In this document: positions 48,632 to 56,750 of the stretch, piece by piece
Numbering within the stretch: the stretch's first letter is position 1
How the letters are laid out: each line of letters starts with the position of its first letter
Source: Clostridia bacterium
GTDB lineage: Bacteria > Bacillota > Clostridia > UMGS1810
Reading direction: 5' to 3'
NCBI GenBank assembly: GCA_045530725.1
Contig: JAZSCT010000034.1
Span: 7,396 to 71,395, forward strand
DNA length: 64,000 bases
Made by a program: the position numbers and the translations under genes
Notes under the pieces: model-generated
The model's input: only the letters and a program-made list of their open reading frames with translations
The model's database searches: none
Told to the model about the DNA's origin: nothing

Positions 48632-50614
48632 ATGGCAAACAAAAAAACCGAATATACAAACGAAAGTATATCCATGCTTAAAGGTGCCGACAGAGTCAGA
48701 CTCAGACCGTCGGTTATTTTTGGTTCTGACGGACTGGAAGGTTGTGAGCATGCTTTCTTTGAAATCCTGTCCAACTCTATCGACGAAGCAAGAGAAGGCT
48801 ACGGAAATGTAATCGAAGTAAAAAGATATCTTGATAAGTCAATAGAAGTGACAGATATGGGACGTGGAATTCCTCTGGACTTCAATACAAAAGAAAACAG
48901 ATATAACTGGGAACTTGTGTTTACAGAACTGTATGCAGGCGGTAAATACAATACAAACTCAGGCGAAAACTACGAATACAGCCTTGGTCTTAACGGTCTT
49001 GGTGCATGTGCCACACAGTATGCATCAGAGTATATGGATGTATGTGTATATCGTGACGGATATAAATATGAACTTCACTTTGAAAAAGGTGTGAATGTTG
49101 GCGGACTCAAAAAAGAGGAATGCACCTACCGACACACCAAATCACAGATCCGCTGGCTTCCTGATTTGGATGTATTTACAAATATAGATATTCCGCTTGA
49201 ATTTTATCACGATGTACTGAAAAAGCAGGCTATTGTAAATAAAGGAATACTTTTTAAATTCAAAAACGAAGTGTCCCCTATGCGATATGAAGAAACAGAA
49301 TACATATATAATGATGGTATTCTTGATTATGTAAAGGAAACTGCATCCGACAAATCACTTACTCTGCCTGTGTACTACGAATGTGAAAAGAAAGGCCGTG
49401 ACAGAGAGGATAAAGATGATTATAAAGTAAAACTTTCTGTTGCATTTTGTTTTTCAAATCAGAATGTACTTCTTGAGTATTTCCACAATTCAAGTTTTCT
49501 TGAACATGGCGGTTCTCCTGACAAAGCGGTAACAAACGCTTTTGTCTATGCTATTGATAAATATCTTAAGCAAACAAATAAATATACAAAAAACGAATCC
49601 AAGATTACCTTTGGCGACGTAAAAGACTGTCTGATACTTGTATCAAACTCTTTTTCAACCTTTACAAGTTATGAAAACCAGACAAAAAAAGCCATAAATA
49701 ACCCTTTTATTGCAGAAGCAATGACAGAGTTTTTGCGATCTGAACTCGAATTCTATTTTATCGAAAACAAAATGGAAGCAGAAAAAATTGCAAATCAGGT
49801 GCTTATCAACAAACGAAGCCGTGAGCATGCAGAAAAATCAAGATTAAACATCGCCAAGAAATTAAGTGGAAGCATAGATGTAACAAACAAAGTAGCCAAA
49901 TTTGTTGACTGTCGTACAAAGGATGTATCAAGAAGAGAACTGTACATAGTAGAAGGTGACTCTGCATTGGGCTCCTGTAAGATGGCAAGAGACTCAGAAT
50001 TTCAGGCTATAATGCCTGTAAGAGGTAAGATTCTTAACTGTCTCAAAGCAAGTTACGACAAAATATTCAAATCGGAAATTATCGTAGATCTTCTGAAAGT
50101 AATGGGTTGCGGTGTAGAAATCAGCATAAAGGGCAACAAAAACCTGTCCGAATTTGATATAAACAATCTACGTTGGGACAAGATAATCATCTGTACCGAT
50201 GCGGATGTTGACGGATTTCAGATAAGAACACTCATCCTTGCTATGCTTTATCGTCTCACTCCTACCCTTATCAAAGAAGGAAAGGCATTTATTGCAGAAT
50301 CACCACTTTTTGAAATCACTCACAAAAACGAAACATATTTTGCATATACAGAAAAAGAAAAATCCGATATCATTAAAACCTTCGACGGAAAATATACAAT
50401 TCAGCGTTCTAAAGGTCTCGGTGAAAATGAACCTGAAATGATGTCAAAAACAACAATGAACCCCGAAACCAGACGCCTTATCAAGGTAACACAGGAAGAA
50501 GCAGAAGAAACTGCCAGAATATTCGACATTCTTCTGGGTGATGATCTTAACGGAAGAAAAGACTACATCACACAGTACGGAAAAGATTATCTTGATATGC
50601 TTGATTTAAGTTAA
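48632..50614 (+). CDS. type IIA DNA topoisomerase subunit B (ParE/GyrB-like, divergent)
   Basis: GHKL N-box FEILSNSIDEA, Toprim ELYIVEGDSALGS, PVRGKILNC and IICTDADVDGFQIRTL. Start taken at ATG 48632, after AGGTGGTG. Confidence 0.85.
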   Translation: MANKKTEYTNESISMLKGADRVRLRPSVIFGSDGLEGCEHAFFEILSNSIDEAREGYGNVIEVKRYLDKSIEVTDMGRGIPLDFNTKENRYNWELVFTELYAGGKYNTNSGENYEYSLGLNGLGACATQYASEYMDVCVYRDGYKYELHFEKGVNVGGLKKEECTYRHTKSQIRWLPDLDVFTNIDIPLEFYHDVLKKQAIVNKGILFKFKNEVSPMRYEETEYIYNDGILDYVKETASDKSLTLPVYYECEKKGRDREDKDDYKVKLSVAFCFSNQNVLLEYFHNSSFLEHGGSPDKAVTNAFVYAIDKYLKQTNKYTKNESKITFGDVKDCLILVSNSFSTFTSYENQTKKAINNPFIAEAMTEFLRSELEFYFIENKMEAEKIANQVLINKRSREHAEKSRLNIAKKLSGSIDVTNKVAKFVDCRTKDVSRRELYIVEGDSALGSCKMARDSEFQAIMPVRGKILNCLKASYDKIFKSEIIVDLLKVMGCGVEISIKGNKNLSEFDINNLRWDKIIICTDADVDGFQIRTLILAMLYRLTPTLIKEGKAFIAESPLFEITHKNETYFAYTEKEKSDIIKTFDGKYTIQRSKGLGENEPEMMSKTTMNPETRRLIKVTQEEAEETARIFDILLGDDLNGRKDYITQYGKDYLDMLDLS

Positions 50615-50632
50615 GAAAGGAGCCCCGGGGAT

Positions 50633-52810
50633 ATGTTTAATCATACAGAACAGAAAATTACAGATACACTCAAAGAAAACTATATGCCTTATGCAATGAG
50701 TGTAATAATATCAAGAGCCATCCCTGAAATAGATGGTTTCAAGCCTTCCCACAGAAAACTCCTTTATACTATGTACAAAATAGGACTTCTGTCAGGTCCT
50801 CGTAAAAAGAGTGCCTATGTTGTAGGCGAAGTAATGAAACTTAACCCTCACGGCGATCAGGCTATATATGAAACAATGGTGAGACTTACAAGAGGCAACG
50901 AATGTCTCCTGCATCCATTTGTTGATTCAAAGGGAAACTTTGCAAAACAGTATTCTAGAGATATGGCTTTTGCCGCATCACGATATACTGAAGTAAAACT
51001 TGAAGAATTTTCTAAAGAAATATTCAAAGATATTGATAAGAACACAGTTGATTTTCAGGACAGTTATGACGGCACTATGAAAGAGCCTGTTTTACTTCCT
51101 GTTACATTTCCCAATATACTTGTCAACCCGAATCAGGGTATCGCTGTGGGTATGGCAAGTTGTATTGCAAGTTTCAACTTAAAAGAAGTCTGTGAAACAA
51201 CTATTGCATATCTCAAGAATGAAAAATGCGATATCATGGAAACACTTCTTGCACCTGACTTTTCTACAGGTGCGCAGATTATATATAACAAAGAACAACT
51301 TGCTTCTATATATGATACAGGAAGAGGAAGTTTCAAACTGAGAGCGAAATACCGCTATGACAAAAAGAACTCTCTCATAGAAGTCTATGAAATTCCATAT
51401 ACAACAACTACCGAGGCCATCATGGACAAGGTTATTGAACTGATAAAACTTGGAAAAATCAAAGAAATAACAGATATGAGAGACGAAACCGATCTTTCGG
51501 GTCTCAAACTTACAATAGACATAAAGAGAAATGCAAATCCTGATACTCTTATGCAGAAACTTTATAAACTCACACCTTTGGAGGATTCATTCTCATGTAA
51601 CTTCAACATTCTTATAGGAACCACCCCAAAGGTGATGGGAATCAAGGAGATTCTTAAGAACTGGTCGGAATTCAGAATCGGATGTATCACCAGAAAAATC
51701 AAATTTGATATAAACAAACTTACAATGAGACTTCACCTTCTGGAAGGTCTCAAAAAGATACTTCTCGACATTGACAAAGCCATCAAAATCATACGTAATA
51801 CAGAAAAAGATGATGACGTAATCCCTAACCTTATGATCGGCTTTGATATAGACGAAATTCAGGCGCAGCATATCGCAGAAATCAAACTCCGCAATCTTAA
51901 TAAACAGTACATTATAAACAAACTGAACGAGATTGATCAGATTGTGGATGAACTTGACAGACTGAATTCCATCATCTCAAGCGAAAAAGAAATCAAAAAA
52001 CTGATAATCGCTGAACTGAAAGACATCATCAAAAAATACGGCAGAGAAAGAAAGACAGAAATCATCACAGCAGATGAAATTGTTGAAATTAAAATGGAAG
52101 ATACAATTCCCGATTATAACCTGAAAATCTTCCTTACAAAAGAAAGTTATCTTAAAAAAGTAACTGCAGTAAGTCTCCGTTCAGGCGGTGTACACAAACT
52201 TAAAGAAAATGACGAAATCATTCTTGAGCAGGAGGCTACCAACAGAAGTGAACTTATAATGTTTACCGACAAAGCAAACGCATACAAAATGAAACTTTCT
52301 GAAATAGCCGACTGCAAAGCAAGTGACTGGGGACACTTCACCCCTAATCTTACTGAAATGGAAGATGAAGAAAAAGCAATATTTGCTGTGGCAACTACTG
52401 ATTATTCAGGAGATATGCTCTTCTTCTTCGAAAACGGAAAGGTTTCTCGAGTACCTCTTAAAGCATATGAAACAAAAACCAACAGAAGAAAACTTATCAA
52501 AGCATTCAACGATAAGTCAAAGGTTGTATGTGCACTTTATATCAAAGAAGACTGTGATATAGTTCTATACAGTTCTATAGACAAACTTCTGGTATTTAAT
52601 TCTAAACACATTGTGGCAAAAGCGGCAAAACATGCTCAGGGTGTTACTGTTATGAATCTAAAAAAGAAAAGTACCCTTACAAATGCTGTAACAGTTGACA
52701 AGGCAAACCTTGCTGACCCCGAAAGTTACAGAGCAAGGGCACTTCCTGCTACAGGTTATTACATCAAGGACGAGGATTCAACTACTCCACAACTGAATTT
52801 ATTCGAATAA
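50633..52810 (+). CDS. type IIA DNA topoisomerase subunit A (ParC/GyrA-like, divergent, 725 aa)
   Basis: YMPYAMSVIISRAIPEIDGFKPSHRKLLY, NPHGDQAIYETMVRL, and the catalytic-Tyr context AASRYTEVKL. I see no QRRGGKG GyrA box in the C-terminal domain. Confidence 0.85.
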   Translation: MFNHTEQKITDTLKENYMPYAMSVIISRAIPEIDGFKPSHRKLLYTMYKIGLLSGPRKKSAYVVGEVMKLNPHGDQAIYETMVRLTRGNECLLHPFVDSKGNFAKQYSRDMAFAASRYTEVKLEEFSKEIFKDIDKNTVDFQDSYDGTMKEPVLLPVTFPNILVNPNQGIAVGMASCIASFNLKEVCETTIAYLKNEKCDIMETLLAPDFSTGAQIIYNKEQLASIYDTGRGSFKLRAKYRYDKKNSLIEVYEIPYTTTTEAIMDKVIELIKLGKIKEITDMRDETDLSGLKLTIDIKRNANPDTLMQKLYKLTPLEDSFSCNFNILIGTTPKVMGIKEILKNWSEFRIGCITRKIKFDINKLTMRLHLLEGLKKILLDIDKAIKIIRNTEKDDDVIPNLMIGFDIDEIQAQHIAEIKLRNLNKQYIINKLNEIDQIVDELDRLNSIISSEKEIKKLIIAELKDIIKKYGRERKTEIITADEIVEIKMEDTIPDYNLKIFLTKESYLKKVTAVSLRSGGVHKLKENDEIILEQEATNRSELIMFTDKANAYKMKLSEIADCKASDWGHFTPNLTEMEDEEKAIFAVATTDYSGDMLFFFENGKVSRVPLKAYETKTNRRKLIKAFNDKSKVVCALYIKEDCDIVLYSSIDKLLVFNSKHIVAKAAKHAQGVTVMNLKKKSTLTNAVTVDKANLADPESYRARALPATGYYIKDEDSTTPQLNLFE

Positions 52811-52815
52811 AAAAT

Positions 52816-52849
52816 AAAGGTGGTAAGTCCATAAGGATTTACCACCTTT
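52816..52849. terminator. bidirectional terminator after the topoisomerase operon
   Basis: 11-bp stem AAAGGTGGTAA/TTACCACCTTT with a 12-nt loop. Confidence 0.65.
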
Positions 52850-52852
52850 AAA

Positions 52853-53191
52853 TTATGCAAAGATTGATTTAAGAAATACAATACTTTCAGGAAGGTCACT
52901 TTCAAAGTCAGTTGTCTTTCCTTCGATACTCATATTTCCATCATAGCCGATTTCTTTTAATACTTTTACAACTTTTGTATAATCATATGAGTCTTCTTTC
53001 TTCGGGAAGAATCTGCCATCAGGGTTTGCTATAAGGAAATGCTTAAGATTTACAGAGTTAATAATGTTGGTCTTCCATGACTCCAATGGTTCGATAACAA
53101 TCATCATATTGTACTTCGCAGCAATCTCATCTGCAATAAAAGAAGCCTTCTCAAACTGTTTGAGACAAAGTTCCGTATCTTTTGTTAAGTA
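52853..53191 (-). pseudogene. C-terminal remnant of a xylose-isomerase-like TIM-barrel sugar-phosphate isomerase/epimerase
   Basis: The frame is open only from the TAG at 53192-53194. It reads ...FEKASFIADEIAAKYNMMIVIEPL...GRFFPKKEDSYDYTKVVKVLKEIGYDGNMSIEG. This matches the last third of the family. There is no N-terminal part and no RBS at the listed ATG. Confidence 0.45.
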
Positions 53192-53261
53192 CTAACACAA
53201 ACAAATTTATTAATCAATGTGCAAAATTGCTCTCTGTATATCAAAAATTACACAATATTGC

Positions 53262-55019
53262 CTATTTGATTTCATTTGCCATATTATAGAAGTTATAATA
53301 CATACCTTTTTTTAAAAGGAGTTCATCGTGAGTGCCTTCTTCTACAATGCCATCTTCAGTAAGCACAAGTATTCTGTCAGAATTTTTGATGCTTGAAAGT
53401 CTGTGTGCTATAGTAAGGGAAGTTCTGCCTTTAGCAAGTTCAGAAAGGGATTTTGCAACAAGGTATTCACTCTCATTATCAAGGGCACTTGTGGCTTCGT
53501 CAAGGATAAGTATTTCGGGGTTTTTGAGAAAAACTCTGGCAATACTGATACGTTGTTTCTGACCGCCTGAAAGTTTGACTCCCCTCTCCCCTACATATGT
53601 GTCGTATCCATCTTTTAAATCGCATATAAATTCGTGTGCACCTGCTTTTTTTGCCGCTTCTATCACTTCATCATATGTGGAATCTGATTTTCCATAGGAG
53701 ATATTTTCATATACTGTTCCCGAAAAAAGATACACATCCTGCTGAACCACACCTATAGATTGTCTCAATGACTTAAGAGAAATCTTTCTTATATCTATAC
53801 CGTCAAGTGTAATCACACCATTTGTAGTATCAAAAAATCTTGGGATAAGATTACAAAGGGTGGTTTTTCCACCGCCTGACGGTCCCACAATAGCCACCTT
53901 TTCTCCAGGATTGATCACAAGATTCAGGTTGGAAAAAACCTTATTGTGATCATCAGGATATTCAAATGACACATCTTTAAACTCTATCTTACCTTCGGGA
54001 TGAGATATATCAATACAGTCCTCATCATCAAATATTTCCACATCAGCATCGATAATTTCTATGAAACGTTCTATACCTGTAATACCCCTCTGGAATTGCT
54101 CTGTAAATTCGATTATACGCCTTATTGTGGCAATAAGAGTGGAAACATACATCACATAGGCTACCATATCACCGGGAAGAATATTTCCATTCATAAGATA
54201 CATACCGCCAAGAAGTACAACTGTAAGATACATAAGACCATCGAATATTCTTGTGGATGTACTGAACTGCCCCATAAGTCTGTAGGATTTCCGCTTGATA
54301 TTCAGAAACTCTATGTTTCCTTTTTCAAATTTTTCATTTTCGATTTCTTCATTTGTAAAGGCTTTTACAACCTTCTGGCCAAGAAGACTGTCCTCTATAT
54401 TGGCATTAAGTTCACCTATCTGAAACCTTTGTCTGGCAAATATACTCTTCATCCTTCTGCTTAGTGCCATACAAACGACAGTCATCAAAGGCACGAAAAG
54501 AAATATAGACACAGTAAGCATAAGGTTTATCCTTGAGAGTATGATAAATGATGCAACAATCTTTATAAAAGCAATGAAGAACTCTTCGGGACAATGATGA
54601 GAAAACTCTGTCACCTCAAAAAGGTCATTGGTGATTCTGCCCATTATCTGCCCTACTTTTGTGTTATTATAGTAACTGACAGACAATTTCTGAAGATGTG
54701 CATAGGCATCCCTTCTCATATCTGTTTCCATCATAGCACCCATTACATGTCCCATATTTGACATATAGTAATTTGAAACAGCGTCTATAACACGTAACAA
54801 AAGATACAACATGGCGAGACTGCCGATAAGTTTTGCAGACAAAAGACCTACATCAATAAGTGCAGTATTTGTAATATGTCTTATAATCATCGGCAATACA
54901 ATTTCACAAAGAGTTGTCAGAAGTGCACAAAACAGGTCAAAAATCAGTATTTTTCTGTAAGGTTTAAAATATGGTAAAAATCTTTTTATCAAATGCGATG
55001 TTGAATATTTATCATTCAT
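53262..55019 (-). CDS. ABC exporter, fused permease/ATPase (MsbA/ABCB type)
   Basis: Six N-terminal TM helices, Walker A GPSGGGKTT, signature LSGGQKQRISIAR, Walker B ILILDEATSALD. A GGAGAT SD lies 6 nt upstream of the ATG, inside the 18-nt gap to the upstream gene. Confidence 0.9.
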   Translation of the reverse strand: MNDKYSTSHLIKRFLPYFKPYRKILIFDLFCALLTTLCEIVLPMIIRHITNTALIDVGLLSAKLIGSLAMLYLLLRVIDAVSNYYMSNMGHVMGAMMETDMRRDAYAHLQKLSVSYYNNTKVGQIMGRITNDLFEVTEFSHHCPEEFFIAFIKIVASFIILSRINLMLTVSIFLFVPLMTVVCMALSRRMKSIFARQRFQIGELNANIEDSLLGQKVVKAFTNEEIENEKFEKGNIEFLNIKRKSYRLMGQFSTSTRIFDGLMYLTVVLLGGMYLMNGNILPGDMVAYVMYVSTLIATIRRIIEFTEQFQRGITGIERFIEIIDADVEIFDDEDCIDISHPEGKIEFKDVSFEYPDDHNKVFSNLNLVINPGEKVAIVGPSGGGKTTLCNLIPRFFDTTNGVITLDGIDIRKISLKSLRQSIGVVQQDVYLFSGTVYENISYGKSDSTYDEVIEAAKKAGAHEFICDLKDGYDTYVGERGVKLSGGQKQRISIARVFLKNPEILILDEATSALDNESEYLVAKSLSELAKGRTSLTIAHRLSSIKNSDRILVLTEDGIVEEGTHDELLLKKGMYYNFYNMANEIK

Positions 55020-55037
55020 ATCAAATCTCCGTATTAT

Positions 55038-56252
55038 CTATGACATTCTTCGTTTGAGTACAGATTCAAATTCCTCATATGACATCTCATCAACAGAATC
55101 AATGATTTCTATATTCATGGTTTTTGCTCTGTTTATGATAGTTTCCCTCTGATAAACATCGTTACTGATATATGTGCATATGAGAGCGAGTTTCGAATAT
55201 TCTCCGCCGAACTTTTCTCCAACGGTATAAAGTTCGTAGAGGTCTTCTTTATGAACCTGACCGTTCTTGCAGGAAATAAACACAGGAATATATCCTCTTG
55301 TAAAAACTACATCAAGTTCATTTCTAGTGTCGGTACCGTCGGTTTCGCCTGTAATAATACCATCCCAGTCAACAAATACTCCCACATCCGAGTCATCAAA
55401 AAAACCAGGTTCTTTTTTACATATATTAAATGCAGTAACATATGTATAAAGTTCGAGAATATTCCCTGCTTTAAGCAAACATTGCTTAATCTGTTGATTT
55501 TTGTAGCCAAAGGAGAGATTTTCTCCATCAAATAAATAATCAGTAATAAATCCGTGTTTTGCAAGTTTTCTTAACAAGTCCTCATTAACGGGCTTAAGTT
55601 TTTTGTTGTATTCAAGTTGTGACAGTTTGATTTTTACAATACCATCATATGAAAATGAGGCTGTTTTTTCAAACAGATCAAACATATTTGCCTGAATGTT
55701 CCACTCACGGCAATTGTCTTTGCAGATTTCCCATAGTGTTAGTACATCAGTTCTGAATTCATCATTGAAATCCCATTCGTAGTCAGTTTCAGTATTTTTG
55801 ATTACAGAGCCGCCATTCATCTTCACACATTCGTCTATAGAAAGTCCTTTGTCATCTTCACAAACAATGTTGTCGCTATTCTTCACTCTAATAAGATTTC
55901 CCGTTCTTATATTAAACTGAACCATGGGAATATCTCTTGTAACAGACAGTTCTCCCATAGCAGCAAGTACCAGTTCCTTACCGCCTGTAAGGTCAAATAC
56001 ACAGTCCTTATTATCGGCTACAATTTCATCAAGAGCACAGTAAATCTTTTCATAATCATATCTTGAAACTTTTCTAAATTCAAGAACAATGTGAGGATTT
56101 CTTCCACAAAGAACATTCTTAAGATCATTAATGCGTTTATCCCTCATTACTTTGTCAAAACCTACAAAGATAATCTTTTCGGGATTAAGTTTAAGCCCTG
56201 CTATGATATTCTGTATCTGACAGGTATCAAATAATTCTATCAATGTTTTCAT
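55038..56252 (-). CDS. Card1/Can2-like protein: CARF-like N-domain + PD-(D/E)xK nuclease-fold C-domain (DUF1887-like)
   Basis: Start taken at ATG 56252 (MKTLIELFDTCQIQNIIAGLKLNPEKIIFVGF). Carries DLTGGKELVLAAMG, and a C-terminal GNILELYTY / VFVDWDG / NELDVVF / VFISCKNG motif series. Family assignment rests on remembered family features, not on a search. Confidence 0.55.
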   Translation of the reverse strand: MKTLIELFDTCQIQNIIAGLKLNPEKIIFVGFDKVMRDKRINDLKNVLCGRNPHIVLEFRKVSRYDYEKIYCALDEIVADNKDCVFDLTGGKELVLAAMGELSVTRDIPMVQFNIRTGNLIRVKNSDNIVCEDDKGLSIDECVKMNGGSVIKNTETDYEWDFNDEFRTDVLTLWEICKDNCREWNIQANMFDLFEKTASFSYDGIVKIKLSQLEYNKKLKPVNEDLLRKLAKHGFITDYLFDGENLSFGYKNQQIKQCLLKAGNILELYTYVTAFNICKKEPGFFDDSDVGVFVDWDGIITGETDGTDTRNELDVVFTRGYIPVFISCKNGQVHKEDLYELYTVGEKFGGEYSKLALICTYISNDVYQRETIINRAKTMNIEIIDSVDEMSYEEFESVLKRRMS

Positions 56253-56348
56253 ATATAACGCCTTCTTTTGTATATTATTATCAAGTATATCATATATTGC
56301 GGGTTTAATGCAACAAAAAGCAAGTGAATGAATTATAAAACATTTCAT

Positions 56349-56388
56349 AAAAAAGGAGATATAAACAATTTACATATTTACATCTCCT
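56349..56388 (-). terminator. possible terminator after the small membrane coiled-coil gene
   Basis: 7-bp stem AGGAGAT/ATCTCCT with a long 21-nt loop, then 6 U on the minus strand. Confidence 0.4.
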
Positions 56389-56412
56389 GTGTGCTTATTC
56401 AATTGTATTATC

Positions 56413-56736
56413 TTAGTCTGACTCCAAAGTGCTTTCTGCCTTTTCGATGTTCAACTGTGCTTTCTTCTCTTCTTCGTAGAATTTCTTCACATTATCCATC
56501 TGTATATTCATTGAATCCACAGTTTCGGATAGTTTTTTATTTTCCTTCTTTAACTGATGAATTTCATCCTTTAGTGCTTTTATTTCTTCGGTTTCGTTAA
56601 ACTCCGCATTGTATATTAGAAAAAAACTCAACGCAAAAGATAAAGCGAATATAACTGCATATTTAAGAAAACCAACAAGCCACATTCTCAGATTGTAGGC
56701 TTTGGTATGTTCAGAAAAAAAGTTATAATAATTCAT
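56413..56736 (-). CDS. small membrane-anchored coiled-coil protein, unknown function
   Basis: 107 aa with one TM helix (WLVGFLKYAVIFALSFALSFFLIY), then the heptad-like EEIKALKDEIHQLKKENKKLSETV. A GGAGAT SD overlaps the addA stop. Confidence 0.6.
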   Translation of the reverse strand: MNYYNFFSEHTKAYNLRMWLVGFLKYAVIFALSFALSFFLIYNAEFNETEEIKALKDEIHQLKKENKKLSETVDSMNIQMDNVKKFYEEEKKAQLNIEKAESTLESD

Positions 56737-56750
56737 AGTTTAATCTCCTG

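Noticed and set aside
53108-53261. Possible promoter or small gene between the isomerase remnant and the ABC exporter stop
   Set aside because: The first 84 nt are simply the upstream continuation of the remnant frame. The rest has no ORF, hairpin or promoter-like hexamer pair that I could support.
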